A stretch of DNA of 64,000 nucleotides from Lama glama (Eukaryota): the NCBI GenBank assembly GCA_028534125.1, contig CM052816.1, positions 60,576,001 through 60,640,000 on the forward strand, in the 5' to 3' direction. A program made the position numbers and the translations under genes. Position 1 is the first letter of the stretch. Each line of letters starts with the position of its first letter. The notes under the pieces were generated by a model that searched no databases, was not told the origin of the DNA, and saw nothing but the letters and a program-made list of their open reading frames with translations. This document shows, piece after piece, positions 1 through 14,275 of the stretch.

Positions 1-230
1 GGCAACCGGCAGTGACGTCTTGTGTGTCCTACTGAGAGGTCACTGATTGCCTTAGCATGTTATTTCCTCAATGGAAATGTCTCCATGGTGTCTTGCCCTT
101 GGAGATAATAGCCTTACTGCCTTCTCCCTCTACTCCCTCCACTGAGTGGGAGGTGTCTAGAGACACGAGACCACAAAGAACTCTGAGGGGGACATCTTGT
201 CCATTAGAAGATAACCTGAAGAGAACTGGG

Positions 231-472
231 CAGGTGTTTTCCACTCTGTGGATCATGATCCATCAGTAGAATCCATTTAGCGAGTCAAGGCTAGAACTTC
301 CAAGAAATCACAATGGAATGAAATAGAAAATATCAGAGTATTGCTCCAGTAGGGTAAAAAACTGTTCTACCTTTCCTTCGGCAACATAGTCTATAATCAG
401 TTAGCTGTGTATTTTTAGGATGAGTACTAAATTGTGATATAAAATGTATTTCTTACTGTAGGTTAGAAAGCT
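231..472. mobile_element. Non-autonomous hAT-Charlie (MER-type) DNA transposon remnant
   Basis: Contains 'aatagaaaatatcagagt...gtaggg' and 'gatataaaatgtatttcttactgtagg', resembling a recalled short Charlie-family consensus; subfamily not certain. Confidence 0.55.
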
Positions 473-474
473 TA

Positions 475-1373
475 CTTGACTCCTCTTGCCTTTACCCCTC
501 ACGTGCAACCACCAAGTTCTGCTGCGATTACTTCCTAAATGTATCCTGACCTCTACACCCTCCCAACCCCTGCTCCCTCACACCACTTCCTAGATGAGGC
601 CAACACCTCTCACAAGAGCCATTAGAAAAGCCTCCAAACCGATCTCCATTATGTCCCCTTAAATCAACCTCCACCCCTTTGCCAGAATGGTCTATTCAAA
701 ATGCAGATCTGACCCTGCCAATCTCTCCCTTACAGCCCGTCAGTGCCCACAGAGCCAAACCAACGCTTCCCAGAAACTCCCAAGCATCTACCACGTCCTG
801 TGTAATGCAGCCAGCTCTCACCTGTCCCTCTGCTACGCTCTTCCTCTGAGACCCAGGCTGACAGCCTTCCTGGAAACTTGCAATGTGTGTAGGTGAATCT
901 GCTCTAGGCTCCCAGCAAAATCTGTATCTACCCCCACAAAAATCGATTTCCTATGTGCTTCTCTTCAGTTGGGCAAGAAAGCTTTTATCCACTTCCTCCA
1001 GGTCTTTACTCAAATGTTACCTTCTTAGTGGGACATTCTCAGCCTTTCCTGATCACCTTATATAAATTTTTAACCTATGATTGCCTTCCCATTCTCTTTC
1101 CTGGCTCACTCCATTGGCTTCTTTTCTTTATCACTTACCACTAGCTTGTGCATGCATGTGTATGTGTGTATGAACTGTATGTATACATATTACATATATG
1201 CATATACACACGCAATGTTAGACCCATGTATACATATTTGTAACTTAATACCTTGTTTAATGTCTGTTTCTCCAAGTAGGAATAGCAGTCTTTGTTTTAT
1301 TATCACCATGTTCCAGTGCCTGACACATAATGTGCTCTCAATAAATACCTGTTTAATGAATAAATGAATGAAT
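475..1373 (+). mobile_element. L2 LINE 3' fragment
   Basis: 'aaaatgcagatctgac', 'ctcaaatgttaccttctta' and the terminal 'tgctctcaataaatacctgtttaatgaataaatgaatgaa' are typical of the L2 3' end. Confidence 0.8.
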
Positions 1374-4229
1374 ACCATCAAGATCAGATATTACAAATTC
1401 GAGTCCCTAGCACTGATCATTCTGCCGACTGCAGAGTTGGTACACAATAAATGTCTGCATTTTAAAAGGTGAAAATAGAAATGCACGTATGATGCTTTCT
1501 ATTTTTTGGCTCATACTCTTCTCCTTTTAGTAGATACAAGGACACCAAGAAATATAAGGCTAGACAGACCAGTTAGTAGACCAAAAGGAGAGCAGACCTT
1601 TTAGAATATTATACCTAGATAATGGTCAAGCCATCTAAAATATTTAGGGATCTTGGATCTTGGTTTCAATGAGCAATGTCAATACTATATAGAGAAAGAT
1701 TCCTTCATTTGTCATGAAGATATAAAGGTTAAGAGTTTTTAATACCCATATTTTTGGCTTTCTTATTTGTTGATAATAAAACCATTAAAGTTCTGAAGGC
1801 ATTTGAAGCAAATGAATCATCAGGCATCGTATTCTTTTGGGGGAAAGGAGGATCTTACTTGGTAATAAGTCATGGGCACATCCAATATTTATAATCATTT
1901 TGAAAATCAGATTAAGAATGTAAGGAGAATGATAAAATATGCATATGTTCTTGGAGCTTAAAACTAAATCTCACAGATGTACTAAGCAATTTCTGTTGAA
2001 ATTCAGATTTGTGAACAATACTTGAAACTAAGAAAGAAATATGAAACCATTTAAAAAATATTCCTTCGGATCAAATAAAAGATTAATATAGGTGGTCTAA
2101 TAAGAAAGGTGTATCACTTCATCCTTAAGATATAAACTAAACACAACTGGCAGAAATTTAAAATGAAAAAAAAAAACAGTATAATCCTATGACCAGAAAA
2201 ATAACAGCATTTCTTAAAAATGACATAATATTTCACTAAGAGCAAGGCCAATTTAGGTGGAAAATAAGGAAACAACCAATTTTGAGTGTTTTCCAAAAGA
2301 AAAAATAGGACATTTAAAGAGAAAATAAAAGGATGGTTATAGCCCACAGAGGGACCATATAAGATAACACTACTTGAAAGCGTTCTACCTTTAATAATAC
2401 ATAAATAGACTCTCCAGTTTCTAAGTTAGGGCAAGAAAGACTCAAAACCACATCTATAATCCACTAGCAGTCAGAATTCCACCTGGTTGGGGACTTTACT
2501 GGATTTGAATTTAAACTGGCACCCACCATGAAATTTTGGTTAACCAGGGAGACCGTTCAATACACAAAACCTTGTCCTGTATTTCTGTACTCCACACCTG
2601 GTAAGTGTATTTTTAAATCAACAACTTACAACCAACATCTGAAGAGTAATGATATAACTGTTGTTAAAGGAAAGTCAAAGGAATGAGTAAGATCGCCATC
2701 CTCTGCCAAGTGGAAAATTAATACCTTAGTAAGGTGGGCCAGTGTGGAAGCTCCGTATTTGCTTGGAAATAAAAAGAGAATAATTCCACTAAAAGTGACA
2801 ATTTCCTATTTTATATCCTTGAGTCAAACTTTCAAAATATCTCCCTTGTTCCCCTTCCATCCACCATCCCCAGAAATATCCTGGCCACGTATTTGGCAAA
2901 GGGAGAAGTGGGGAGGTGTTCCAGAGACTGCTTAGGGGAGAATGTGCCTGGTATAAATTTCACCATCACCGAATGTTCTGCCTAAAGTATTTCTTAAAAA
3001 TACGAGACAAACTAAGAGAAGTCGGCTTCATGAGGCATCATGTTTTAATAAAAATGTGATTTGGTTTTAAGTAACTTGATCTTTTCCTCTTAAATGATGT
3101 AGCTAAGTGGAAAAATGTTCTGTAATACTCTGATTAAAAAGGAAAATAAAAGGATCAGTTTGAGATCATTGCTGGGAAAAGCACACAAGCATCAATTCTG
3201 AAGATTCCCATTTTTCTCGACAGCCACAAAGAAAGCTCAAATTTTGCAAAAGGGAATAAGTAATCCCCCTTTATTCATCAAATTCTTTCCACCTCCCTGT
3301 GATGTCAAAAATGAAAAATAATTAGCAATTGTCTTATCACTAAGGTTCTACATCATTTTTCAAGCATTGCAGAAGGAAGTCCTCTGAAAGGACATGGTCA
3401 GCTATGCCACGGCTGAAGCTCCTTTTAGCAATTCTGGTTCACAGCACTACCATCTCTACAACAGGGAAACATACTTGCTTCTGGGCTATTTCTCAGGCCA
3501 CTTAACAAAGCAGGCTTAATAGGAGACCTAGAGTCAAGAATTCTAAAACAGACCTCATTGTGTTTAAGAAAGATCACTTGAAAAATGAATAGGAAGAAGA
3601 ACCTCTCAGGACTTCAAAATGATCAACGTTCAGGACAAAGGTTTCCACAAACTCACACCTGTAAAGAAGAGATTTTTGATTAAAAATGGTGTCCGTCTAA
3701 GTTCCTGGTGCTGCCTCTCCCAACTTCTCACTAAAATGTCACTGAAGATTTTGAAAAGAGTGAATATTCATAGTACCTCCAAAACCCAAGCCTGCTGAAA
3801 ACACAAACTACAGCCAGAACCCAGCAAGGACCCAATGTAATGACAAGATAGAAATACACGATGTTCGGCTCACAGCAGATCCTTACTTCATTTCATTAAT
3901 AGATTTTATTTTAAAAGGCGGGAGGTTGCTTTGTAAGTTTTCTACCACTTCCCTGACTCAGGCACATACATTTTCAACTAAGATATTCAGCAGCTGTCTC
4001 CTTCTCCACCTGAGACACTGATCTGGGGAGTAAGGAGGGCATTGCCCCCTGAATACGCCTCCCTTGTGTCTCCAAATATGGCTGCCTCCCTCACTGTAGT
4101 CATCTCTCTCCATTCAGAAAGAGACTGCAAATCCCAGAAAACTATTTCGAAACTAAGGACAATGAGTATGTTGAACATCAAAATCTATGGGCTGCAGCCA
4201 ACATTTTTCACAGGCAAATCACAGCCTTC

Positions 4230-5835
4230 ATTTCCCATTCATCTGACATACACGCATTGAGTTCCCTCAACGTGCCAAGCACTGTTCTTTCTATGTGCTT
4301 CGGACACATGAGTGGAAAAAAACAAAGACAAACATCTCTGCCCTCCTGGAATTTACATTTGAATGAGGGGGGCAGACAACAAATACAGTAAGTTAAATAA
4401 TTTGGTAGACAATTAAAAGCACTGTGGAAGCAAAAAATTAGCATGTGGCGAAGGGAGTTGGGAGTGGATGGGAGGGGCTACAGTTTTAAATAGGGAGGTC
4501 AGTGTGAGCCTCCAGGAGAAGATGACATCTGATAAAGACTCAAAGGGATTGAGGGAATCCACCTTCCGGATATCTAGGGGAAGAATTTCTAGACAGAGGC
4601 TTGAAACAGCAGAGGCACTGAGGCAACAGCATGCTGGCACACCCAAACACCAGGAAGGAAGCCGCCCGGTTGGGGTGGAGTGAGGGAGGGAAAAGTAGGA
4701 GTTGGAAAGGTCTGAGAAGTAGCTGGCCAAGTTATGTGTAAGGACTTTGGCTTTGATCCTGAGTACAATGTGGACTGACTGCACAGTCCAGGGCAGAAAA
4801 GTGGGTTGATCTGGCTGACAGTTTGAAACGATCACTCTGGCTGCTCTTTTGGGCACAGAGCACAGTGGGCACAGGGAGACCATTTTGGAGACTACGGAGG
4901 TACTTACAATGAGAGACAGTGGTGACTCAGGCCTGGGTAGTAGCAATAGTGAAGGTGAGAAGTAACCAGATTCTGGCTGAGTTTGAAGGTAAAACCAAGA
5001 GAATTTTTCCTGGATTTGGCACGAGAGAGAATCAAACCTGAAGAGTGACTTCAACATAGCGTGAGCAATGAGAAAGATGAAGCCGCCATTTACTGAGATG
5101 GAGAAGACTTGTTGAACAGGATTGGAAAGCAGATGAAAAATTCAGTTTGAGACATATTCTGTTAGTGATGTCTATTAGTCATTCAAGTAGAGTGACATAT
5201 CAAGTAGGCAGCTAGATATGTTCATCTGGATATTGTTAGAAACATGAGGGCCAGAGATATCAAGCTGGAGATATCAAGATGGTAGCCAGCATGCTGGGTA
5301 AGATCACAAAGGAGAGAGTCAAAACCGCCAAGAGAGGAGGCCAAGAGCACACTCTGGGACATAGCAACATTAAAAGGTCAGGGGAAAAATGGAGGAACCA
5401 GCAAAGGACAGTGAAAAGGAGCAACCGGTGACATAGGAAGACAACCAAGAGTTTGAGGTGCCCTAGAGACCAAATGAGAATCGTACTGACAAGAGAGGAA
5501 AGACTAACCATTATACATGAGGTCTGAGAACTGACCAGTGTCGTTAGGTGACCAATGGAGGCCATCGATAACCCTGACAAGAGTAGTCTCCATGGAGTGA
5601 GGGGATCAAAGCCTGATAGGCTGAGTTCAAGAGAGACTGGGGAAACATGAATTTGAGACAGTGCATAGAAATAACTCTTGGGAGGAGTTTGTCCAGTAGA
5701 ACAATGAAAATGTGGTACCTGGTGGAAAGCAAGGACAAGAGAAGGTTTATGGAAGATGGAGCTTTAACAGCATAATGTGTGAAGACACCAGGAAAGGGAG
5801 CATCTGAGGTAAGAGGGAAATGGAACAATCACTGG
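4230..5835 (-). mobile_element. Long L2 LINE fragment (probably resumes at about 6200-6500 after an L1 insertion)
   Basis: Begins 'cattcatc...cattgagttcc...gtgccaagcactgttct', followed by the purine-rich L2 body ('gatcactctggctgct', 'ccatttactgagatggagaagact', 'ttcagtttgagacat'); accounts for ORF 4413-5057. Confidence 0.85.
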
Positions 5836-5847
5836 AGTGATTTCTTT

Positions 5848-6200
5848 CCTTTTTATATGAAATAAAATTGACATGTAACTTTTTGTACATCTAAAGTATA
5901 CATTGTGTTCATTTTATTCATTTATATACTGCAGTATGATTACCACAACAGCATTAGCCAACACCTCTATCCTGACACATAATTATCATTTCTCTGGAGT
6001 TTTTTGTGTGTATGTGTGTGTGTGTTTGTATGTGTGTGTGTGGTAACGATAATTAAGATCTAGTCTCTTAGCAACTTTGAAGTTTGTAACACAGTCTTGT
6101 TGACTATAATCTCTATGCTGTGAATTAGATTTCTAGAACTTATTTATCTATAAGTTAGAAGAGTATATCCTCAAACAAGATCTCCCCAATATCCCCACAT
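5848..6200 (-). mobile_element. L1 (L1MA-like) 3' end inserted in L2, with an internal (GT)n tract
   Basis: 'ttaagatctagtctcttagcaactttgaagt...actataatctctatgctgtgaattagatttctagaacttattt' matches an L1MA-type 3' UTR in reverse; (GT)n at about 6005-6042. Confidence 0.75.
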
Positions 6201-6539
6201 TCTGTGGGGTGGCTTCTTTTGACTGGGTGAGAGACAGGATGGGAGCACTTGCAGAGGGACTGGCTTTAGACAGGAGCCTGAATAGTTAACTATGACTCTT
6301 CTGTGACTAGCATGGATTGTTACCTATTCAACAAGAAAAAGAGAGGACAGTAGTGGAGATGCTGGGTGGGGAGATGGGTTGGGGAGTCTCTGGAATCTCT
6401 CTTCTGACTATCGATTTTCTCACCAATATAGGGATTAAGTTCACCAGCTAAACGTGAAGATGGAAGGAGAGATGTAAGGTTGGAGGAGATAGATCAGAAA
6501 ATGCCACCTTAAAACAGGCATGTCATTACTAAACAAGAA

Positions 6540-7450
6540 AAACATTTTTAATTAAATTATTCAACTCAAGCTTTAAAAAAATCAAATAAACCTAAAGGAA
6601 GCTAAAGAATCATTAAAAAGATAAACACAGAAATTAAGGGATTAGAATATAAACAGTAGAACAGCTGGTTCTTTAAAAAGATGAATAAAATATATAAAGC
6701 TCTTGCAAAGCTCATCAAGAAAGAGAAAAAATACAATTACACAACATTGGAAATAGGAAAATGGATATAGCCGAAGAGACAAAGGAGATTTAACACAAGT
6801 TGAAAAGAATATATAAAATTTTATGCTAAAAGTTTGAAACAGTAGATGAAAATAATGATTCCTAAGAAAGTATAAATTATCAAAATTAACTCAAAGGAGA
6901 CTCTGAATGATTCAATAACTATACAGAAATAAACAATGTTGACAGTGATTTTACAAGGGAGCAAAAGCAAAGCTTTAAGAGATAGAATTTCTATGTGATT
7001 TAAAATGTTACATGGTACAGGGAAGAAAAACACCCCCCAAGTTTCACATTTTGTTTTCTAAAACCCAGCATAACCCTGACATCAAAACTTTAAAAAACAG
7101 TGTAAGAAATACAAAACCATCTTGTTTATAAATATGTCAAAAATTCTAAAATAATTCTCAAGTCACATATAGCTATAATGCGATCATACTCTAAGATGCC
7201 AAAACTGCATTTGAAAAAAATTCAAAAAAGTCATTCCTGATAAAAAACTTCAGTAAACTTACAATATCTATCACTAATCAATATTTGAGATCCTATTTCA
7301 CAATGAACTACCAAAGGGCTTCCCATGAACCTCAAAAACATATGATAAGGGCTCAATAAATAGTAGTTGCAATAGTAGCAGCAATAGTAATAGATTAAAA
7401 CAAGAATGTCTGTTCCTACCACTGATATTTAACATCTGTATATAAGGGTA
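6540..7450 (+). mobile_element. Old, degenerate L1 ORF2 fragment
   Basis: A-rich; 'agctggttctttaaaaagatgaataaaatatataaa' (similar to SWFFEKINKIDK), 'ccagcataaccctgacatcaaaac' and 'ctaccactgatatttaacat' resemble L1 ORF2; many stops and frameshifts. Confidence 0.75.
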
Positions 7451-9031
7451 ACTCTTCTCTGTGTTCACAGGAGGTAATGGTCCAGTGAGGATGGCCAAAG
7501 CTTAAAAACACTTGAGCATAAATCAGGTAGGCTGACCACAACCTTTTTGAAATACAACACAAAACACAAATACTTTTAGGGGAAAAAAAGTCTGTTTTAA
7601 TTGCACTTTGTTTTAACAATGTAGTAGATCTTGATGTTTGCCCAAATTTCTGTGAATTAAGAAAAGCAAATCTGTAAAACACTGCACAGTGAAGCAAGAA
7701 CACTTTATTTCATCTCAGTTTGTAAATAATTCAGGATAATGTATAACCCACTAAACATCTGGTCTTAGTGTTTGTTCAGCTTATAGTTTATCAAGAGGAA
7801 ATTCTCAGCTTCAGGAGGGAAAGAGAACTTTAAAAAACACTTGTCTTCCTTCCTAGCTTTATTTCACTGTGATTCCCCATTGGGAAGAAAGCTCATTAGG
7901 AATCAAATTAGTTGGTTTATATTTCCTCTAAAAAGGATTAGTTACATCTTCACTTGCAACTCTTGAGGTTTGAGAAAGCTTTTAAAATTGTCAAGCAAAA
8001 GTAAGTAAGCAAGGTGGTGCCTTCCTAGTAATGGTTGGTCCAAATGCAAGGCAACCTCATGCCATCCACAGTAGTTGGACTCAGCTTCTCAAAGGAAAAT
8101 AATTTCCAAACACACGTGCTTCACTTCCATTAAGGCACCTGAACCATTCTGTACTTGAACAATCCACTGGTTCTCCTCCCAAGGAGTCAGGAAATTGAAT
8201 GTTTCTTAGAAAACGCCAGGATGTAACTGTATGTATTGTTGAAGACCAAAAGAAGAGGGAGCTCAGAGCCAGATGTGACTATACAAAGGTATAACAAAGC
8301 ATGACGCAAGGTAACTCTTTCAAAATGCAGAGCTTTATTGAAGAACTCAACGGGAAGTCCAGCAGGAGGCAAGGAAGAGAAACTGAATAGTGTAGAAAGT
8401 AACCAAGAGGGAATGAGATCTCAGAAGCAGGATACATGGGAGAAGGAAGATGGAGGAAAGCAAAGCATGACGGCAACAGGGCACAATCCTGGTAAACCTG
8501 GGGAAACTAGGAATTAGCAAAAAGCTCAAACAATGATATTTCTTGAAACAATTCAATCGTATCAGTTTCAAACACAAGTAACCCTGTAATAGGGATCTTC
8601 AAGGTTGACCAGCAAGCCGGTAACTCTGTCCTCAAGTTAATAGCCACCCGGTGGCCATGTTTGTGCCATGTGACACTGCGGGAGCCAGCGCCCCAAGGCA
8701 GCACCTGCGCACTCTGAGCCCATCACACTCACTCTTGCCAGCCTGTGCCCGTGCCTGCGGCTTGAACTGGGTCCAGGCCCTCAGGGGGCCCTGGTTCGGA
8801 AGATACCAAAAGAAACTTCACTAAGAAAAGCTCCTATAAACGAACAAAATACCAGCAGACAGAAGAGGCCAGGTGTCTGATTTAATGAAGACGACGACAT
8901 TATACTTAAATAATCCGTACTTTAAGCAAAGTTTTAGGGGTGCTTAAAAAAATACCTTCCAGGATGGCTCCTTTCATTTCACTTACGCTTTATTTCCTTA
9001 GCAAAGCTAACAAAACACTGGTTTCAAATAA

Positions 9032-9095
9032 TGTGTGTGTGTGTGTGTGTGTGTGTATAAAAATATATAAACATATAAATTATATATATATGTAT
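9032..9095. repeat. (GT)n microsatellite followed by a TA-rich tract
   Basis: Directly visible 'tgtgtgtgtgtgtgtgtgtgtgtgtata...tatatatatatg'. Confidence 0.95.
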
Positions 9096-12000
9096 TTATA
9101 TTCTGTCACATCACATGAACCCCAAAGACACTGAAAAGAGCCTTTGAGAAAAAGGACATTTTTTTTTTAAAGCACACAGGATGTAAGCCACTGTACAATG
9201 GCCAAGAACAACAGAACACTGTCCCAGCTGAAACGACGTCCCTCATGTCCCAGCGAGAGCTCAGGCATGGAGGCAGGCCGACATCTGTGCGGAGGTGGTG
9301 GGAACCAGGCCTGGTCTCATTCCTCGCATGGCCTCCTCCTCTTTTTCAGTCAATTAATGGGGCTTTGCATAACTGGAAGGGACTAAGACAGCTAATACCG
9401 GAAGGCTATCCCAATGATAATAGGTAGAGATAATCATCTAGAGGCATTTTATAAATATGAACATAAAGGAAATTAGAAGCAGCCTCCTCAACGTAAGGGA
9501 GGAGGTGGGGAAACACCGAAGACTGAAATGCCAGGAAGAATTTTCCTAACGTAGGGATCTATTAAATGCCTAGCAACCTCCCTAGGGAAATAGGAGTGAA
9601 GTCACTGAGAGTGGAGCAAGAAATTCATTTCTAAAGCCTCTTTTCCAACTTGGGAAATTTAACTCTATGCCTTTGTAATCTCCAGAGACAGCTCAACTGA
9701 GGCTGCACTGGGTGTAACCATATGTCAAAACTAATACACTGGACATGCTACTTACCCACAATTTGCAAGAAAATAGTCAAAACTAAAAGTCCCAAAGCAG
9801 TCTTTTCTTTATGGATAGGAGCATAAGCTACGCCTTTATATTATTTAAAGTATTTTGTCCTTTGCCCAGAAAATTATTTAAAGAGATGATGTTTAAAAGA
9901 TCATAGAACAAGTCATTGAAGGAAAAGGGGAAGGGCAGGAATATGGCCATCTTTCTATCTTAATAGCAGCATTTTTACTAGAAGTGAATCCTTTTTCTCC
10001 ATCCTTCCTCACCTGGCTAAACAGTTGTGGTCCAATCCTGGGTCTCATCCTCTAGGACTCAACTTAGGATGAAGTCTTACTCTGCTAGAAAACCCTCCTT
10101 TTAAGGTCCAATGCACCATGGACACCTTTGCTGCCCTCTAGCCTTGTGCTTCTCACATAGGATCAGATGGCCAGTCTCCCTCTACAGATCCCAGCTCCCT
10201 GAGGAAGAACCCTCTCCTCTCTATCTGTGAGACCAGTGATGAACACACAAGGAGGCATGTGATTATTGAGTCAATGTTGACTTACTGGGGACCGAGTCAA
10301 AACAGAAGAAAAAATATAATCGATAAAGGTGACATCAGTTCTGGCCCTGGGATGCCACCACAGTGAGTAGTGAGGTCAAGGTGACAGGCCAGAAAAACAG
10401 AACAAGGAAGTCATGAGCCCAGCTTGCCCAGGTCAAGTTTCTTAGAGAAGTGGTCCACAAACATTTAGGGCTTCCAAGCTCATCCCAAGAAATCTGAACA
10501 ACTATGTATGTCCTAACACAATTTAAAATACACATCTAAGCTTGTTCAATCTAGGTTTAAATAGTGGCACAAAATCTAATTTCCAGTATCTGGTAAATAT
10601 TGACATTTTTTAATGAAACTGCTTTTATTCAAGTTTTTCATTGTGTCCATTGTTATCTAAATACCATAGTGATTTAATTCCCAAGATTCATATTTAAAGG
10701 ACATGAACAGACTTTTCTTTTACTTTCTCATATTTGGATATTTTTTTCCTTACACTTGTATTTCCATTTCCCCCATGTAATTTTGTCCTAATGTAATAGT
10801 TCTCTGCTTTATAGATTTTTATTGAGCACACCACCATACTTCTCTGTAACATAAAGTTATAAAAGTTAAACGTTTTTACTTTCAAATGGTTCTAATAGTA
10901 TTAAAAACTTCATCTGGGTTCAGTTATTATTACAACTATTAACAGAATGCCATTTAACAAAATAAATGCCTAATTTTGTGATAATTAAAAATTAAAGCAA
11001 GCATAAAAGTCAGTTTTTATTGGAAATGCATTTCTTATTGAGATGAATTGTGACGGTTTATTTTTTCAAAGTAGTTCATTTATCTATGAACAAATATTCC
11101 TTATTACTAGAATTAAAAACTGTTTCAGCAGCAATTTTTTTTTGTATTAGAAATATAAAGTCAAAAACCTTGTTCATATAGGTAAGTTTACAGGAATGAA
11201 AGAGGTTTTACTCTGTCACTGGTGCTTAATTCTTTGTGCTCCTCCTGACATTTACGCCCCCAAATCATAAATAATTCAACATAACTTTATATGATAATCA
11301 ATATTCCTTGACAGACTGTTTCGGGTCATCTTCAATTTTGTTTACACACACAAAAAAACTTAGAAGCCACTTGATTTGCAAAAGGATTAATTTCAGTGTC
11401 CTTTGATCCATATCCCATTCTCCACAACACACCAATATCCAATACTGGTTGTCCCTTTGTCTGGTACCCCAGGGAGCAGAGGAGGTTACTTCTGGTGACA
11501 ATATACCATGATGAGATTTGAGAGAGTTGAAGTCAGGCAGCTCATTAGTACAGGTGTGTTCCTGGACAGACTCACTTCAGGAAAGAATGCCTAGGGAAGG
11601 TAAAGGTCTGGATAGTTTCCTTACAACTCTGTATGGTCCAGTACCTCCTGCAGAGTTTTCATACAACCACAGAAGTGACACCCCCAAGTTTGTTGACCTC
11701 AAAGGCCACAGCACCAGAGGCGACACTGTCCTTAGGCAGAGAAAAGAGATCAAATACTGCAGAAGCGGAGAATGCAGAACAGAGAAGCTAACTCTTTAGT
11801 GGCGCACAAGACAAAACCAACCCCGTAGAGACACAGGTAGGACCCCCCTACCCCAACACACACAAAGTACAGCAGCCAAACCAGAGTGCTTCTCCCCTGG
11901 CCACACTTGAGCAGGGGCTCCCACTCAATGGGAGGCAAAGCAAGAATGTGCCATCTAAGAAGCGAAATTAAAAGAAGGGGTGAAAAGAGCAGTAAGAATA

Positions 12001-12302
12001 TCAACAGAAGGAGCAATGACCAAAAGCTTAGGGCATCATATTTAAATAGTGGATTTAAGAAAATGCAGAGGGAAAGTGAGGAATCACTTTTCAGTAGACA
12101 AATAGGATTTGCCAGCAGAAGGCAATGCCCTGCGTGCCAAGGACATGCAAGGACCAAGACAAGACATATAAGAGAGGAGAGGTGAGACAGTGACTCTGAC
12201 TACCATGCCACAGGCTTAACCCAGGCCTGGGCCAGGCACTCACACACCAAGAGAGCTCTTTAGTGCTCTCTTCTTAAGTTCCTTCTTAAATCCAGTTCCT
12301 CG

Positions 12303-13085
12303 ATTTTTTAAAAATTATAGTTGATTTACCATGCTGTGTTAGTTTCAGATGTACAGTATAGTGATTCAGTATTTTTGCAGATTATATCCATTATGGGTTA
12401 TTACAAAGTATTAGGTATATTCCCTGTGCTATATAGTATATCCTTGTTGCTTGTCTATTTTACATACAGTAGTCTGCATCTGTTAATCCCATACCCTTAA
12501 TTTGTCCACACTCTTCCCTCTACTCCCCTTTGGTACCACAAGTTTTCTATTTGTATCTATGAGTCTATTTCTGTTTTGCACACACATTCATTTGTATTAT
12601 TTTTTAGATTCCACATATAAGTTACATAGTATTTGTCTTTCTCTGATTTATTTCACTAAGCATAATATTATCTACATTCATCCATGTTGCTGCAAATGAC
12701 TCAAGTTCATTCTTTTTCATGGGTGAGTAATATTCCATTGTGTATATTTTATACACACACATACACACACCCCTACACACACAACTTCTTTATCCATTCA
12801 TCTGTTGATGAGTACCTGGGTTGCTTCCATGTCTTGGCTACTGTAAACAGTGCTGCTATAAACAGTGTGTATATATCTTTTCAAATTAGGATTTTTGTCT
12901 TTTCTAGATATCTACCCAGGAGTGGAACTGCTGGATCATATTGTAGTTTTGTTTTTAGTTAAGGATCCTCCATACTTTTTTCCATAATGGCTGCACCAAT
13001 TTACATTCCCACCAACAGTGTACAAGGTTCCCTTTTCTGTCCATCTTCTCTAGTATTTACTATTACAGGAGTGAGGTGATAATTT
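12303..13085 (-). mobile_element. Cetartiodactyl-type L1 3' end (L1_Art-like)
   Basis: 'tatagttgatttaccatgctgtgttagtttcagatgtacagtatagtgattcag', 'ctttatccattcatctgttgatg', 'atggctgcaccaatttacattcccaccaacagtg'. Confidence 0.9.
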
Positions 13086-13344
13086 CCTGGATTTTTAAAG
13101 TCACAGAACTCAATTCTTGTTTTCTGTGAGGAGAAAACACCAGAATCTGGCAGATGGTCCCAATCATTTGGTGAACATGGGGCACAGGCAGAAACTGGCT
13201 GCTCATGGAATCTGCAATCAGCCTTGGGCCTGATTTGCAAATGCGCCTTTCATGCAGACCTCTCCCTTGTAGATTCCAGTAGCTGAGAAATACTAGAAAT
13301 CAAAGTTAAGGACAACATGGATAGGTCAGTTGTATAGTCAGAGA

Positions 13345-13560
13345 CAGGCTGTCTACTGGAAGGATTAAGAACATGGACCCTGACACCAGACTGTCTAAGT
13401 GTGAATCCTGGCTTCTCTACTTACCAGCTGTAACATGAGTATAACAAAAGTACCTTCCTCATGGGATTATCATGAGGATCAATGAATATGAATATATTAT
13501 ATATATGGCATTCATAAGATTAACAGGCCCATGGAAATAATATTGGCTGTTATGATTACC
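13345..13560 (+). mobile_element. MIR SINE
   Basis: 'ttaagaacatggaccctgacaccagactgtctaagtgtgaatcctggcttctctacttaccagctgt'. Confidence 0.8.
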
Positions 13561-13607
13561 ATCATCCCCAAGAGAGAACTGCACCACATCAGGAAGTGAT
13601 TTAAACC

Positions 13608-13668
13608 ATCATACTGTACACCCTAAACTGAGACAGTATTGTATGTCAATTGTATCTCCAAAACTGGA
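13608..13668 (+). mobile_element. Short L1 3' tip
   Basis: 'tactgtacaccctaaactgagacagtattgtatgtcaattgtatctc...aaaactgg' resembles an L1MA terminal sequence. Confidence 0.6.
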
Positions 13669-14275
13669 GGGGGGGCGGAATATGCCCAAAAAAAGTGACA
13701 GGAGGCCATTTGGTTCAGGCCCCATTTCTAAGTATTCAGATCTAAAGCTGAGATCACCAACCTCAGAATAGAATCTCAGTTCTAATTTTCCACTAGCCTC
13801 ACCAGCTTCTGCGGGGAGAGACAAATACTGACAAGTAATCCACTAATAAAGGCATCACAACATTCCCTCAAAAGGCCATTTCTCCCATAATTGTGAAAGT
13901 TTTGCATTAAAAAATATAAAATTAAAAACAAAATTCTATTGAAGATCTTGATCCTGGTGAATAAGAAATGCAAAGGAAATTAAAGAGGATAAGCAATTAA
14001 CCCCAAACTTATTAATCTAAAATATTATTTGAGCAATATATTCTGTATCATGTCTAGCTTGATACTCAGTATTTCCCAAGGCAGGGGGATAAAGTAATTA
14101 TGGAAAGAATGTCCAACATACACTGGCTATTTTAAATTCCAAACTAAATTTTAGCCACTCATATCCACTGGGCTTTTCCTACTCATATCCCATGGCCCCA
14201 TCAGTCCCTGCCCCTCCTTCTCCACCAGACCACCAACCAGCAGGAGATTAGTATTTAACTCAGGAAAGGGAAAGG

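Noticed and set aside
4413..5057. Longest ORF (214 aa, minus strand)
   Set aside because: Lies entirely within an L2 fossil; no recognisable domain or exon structure
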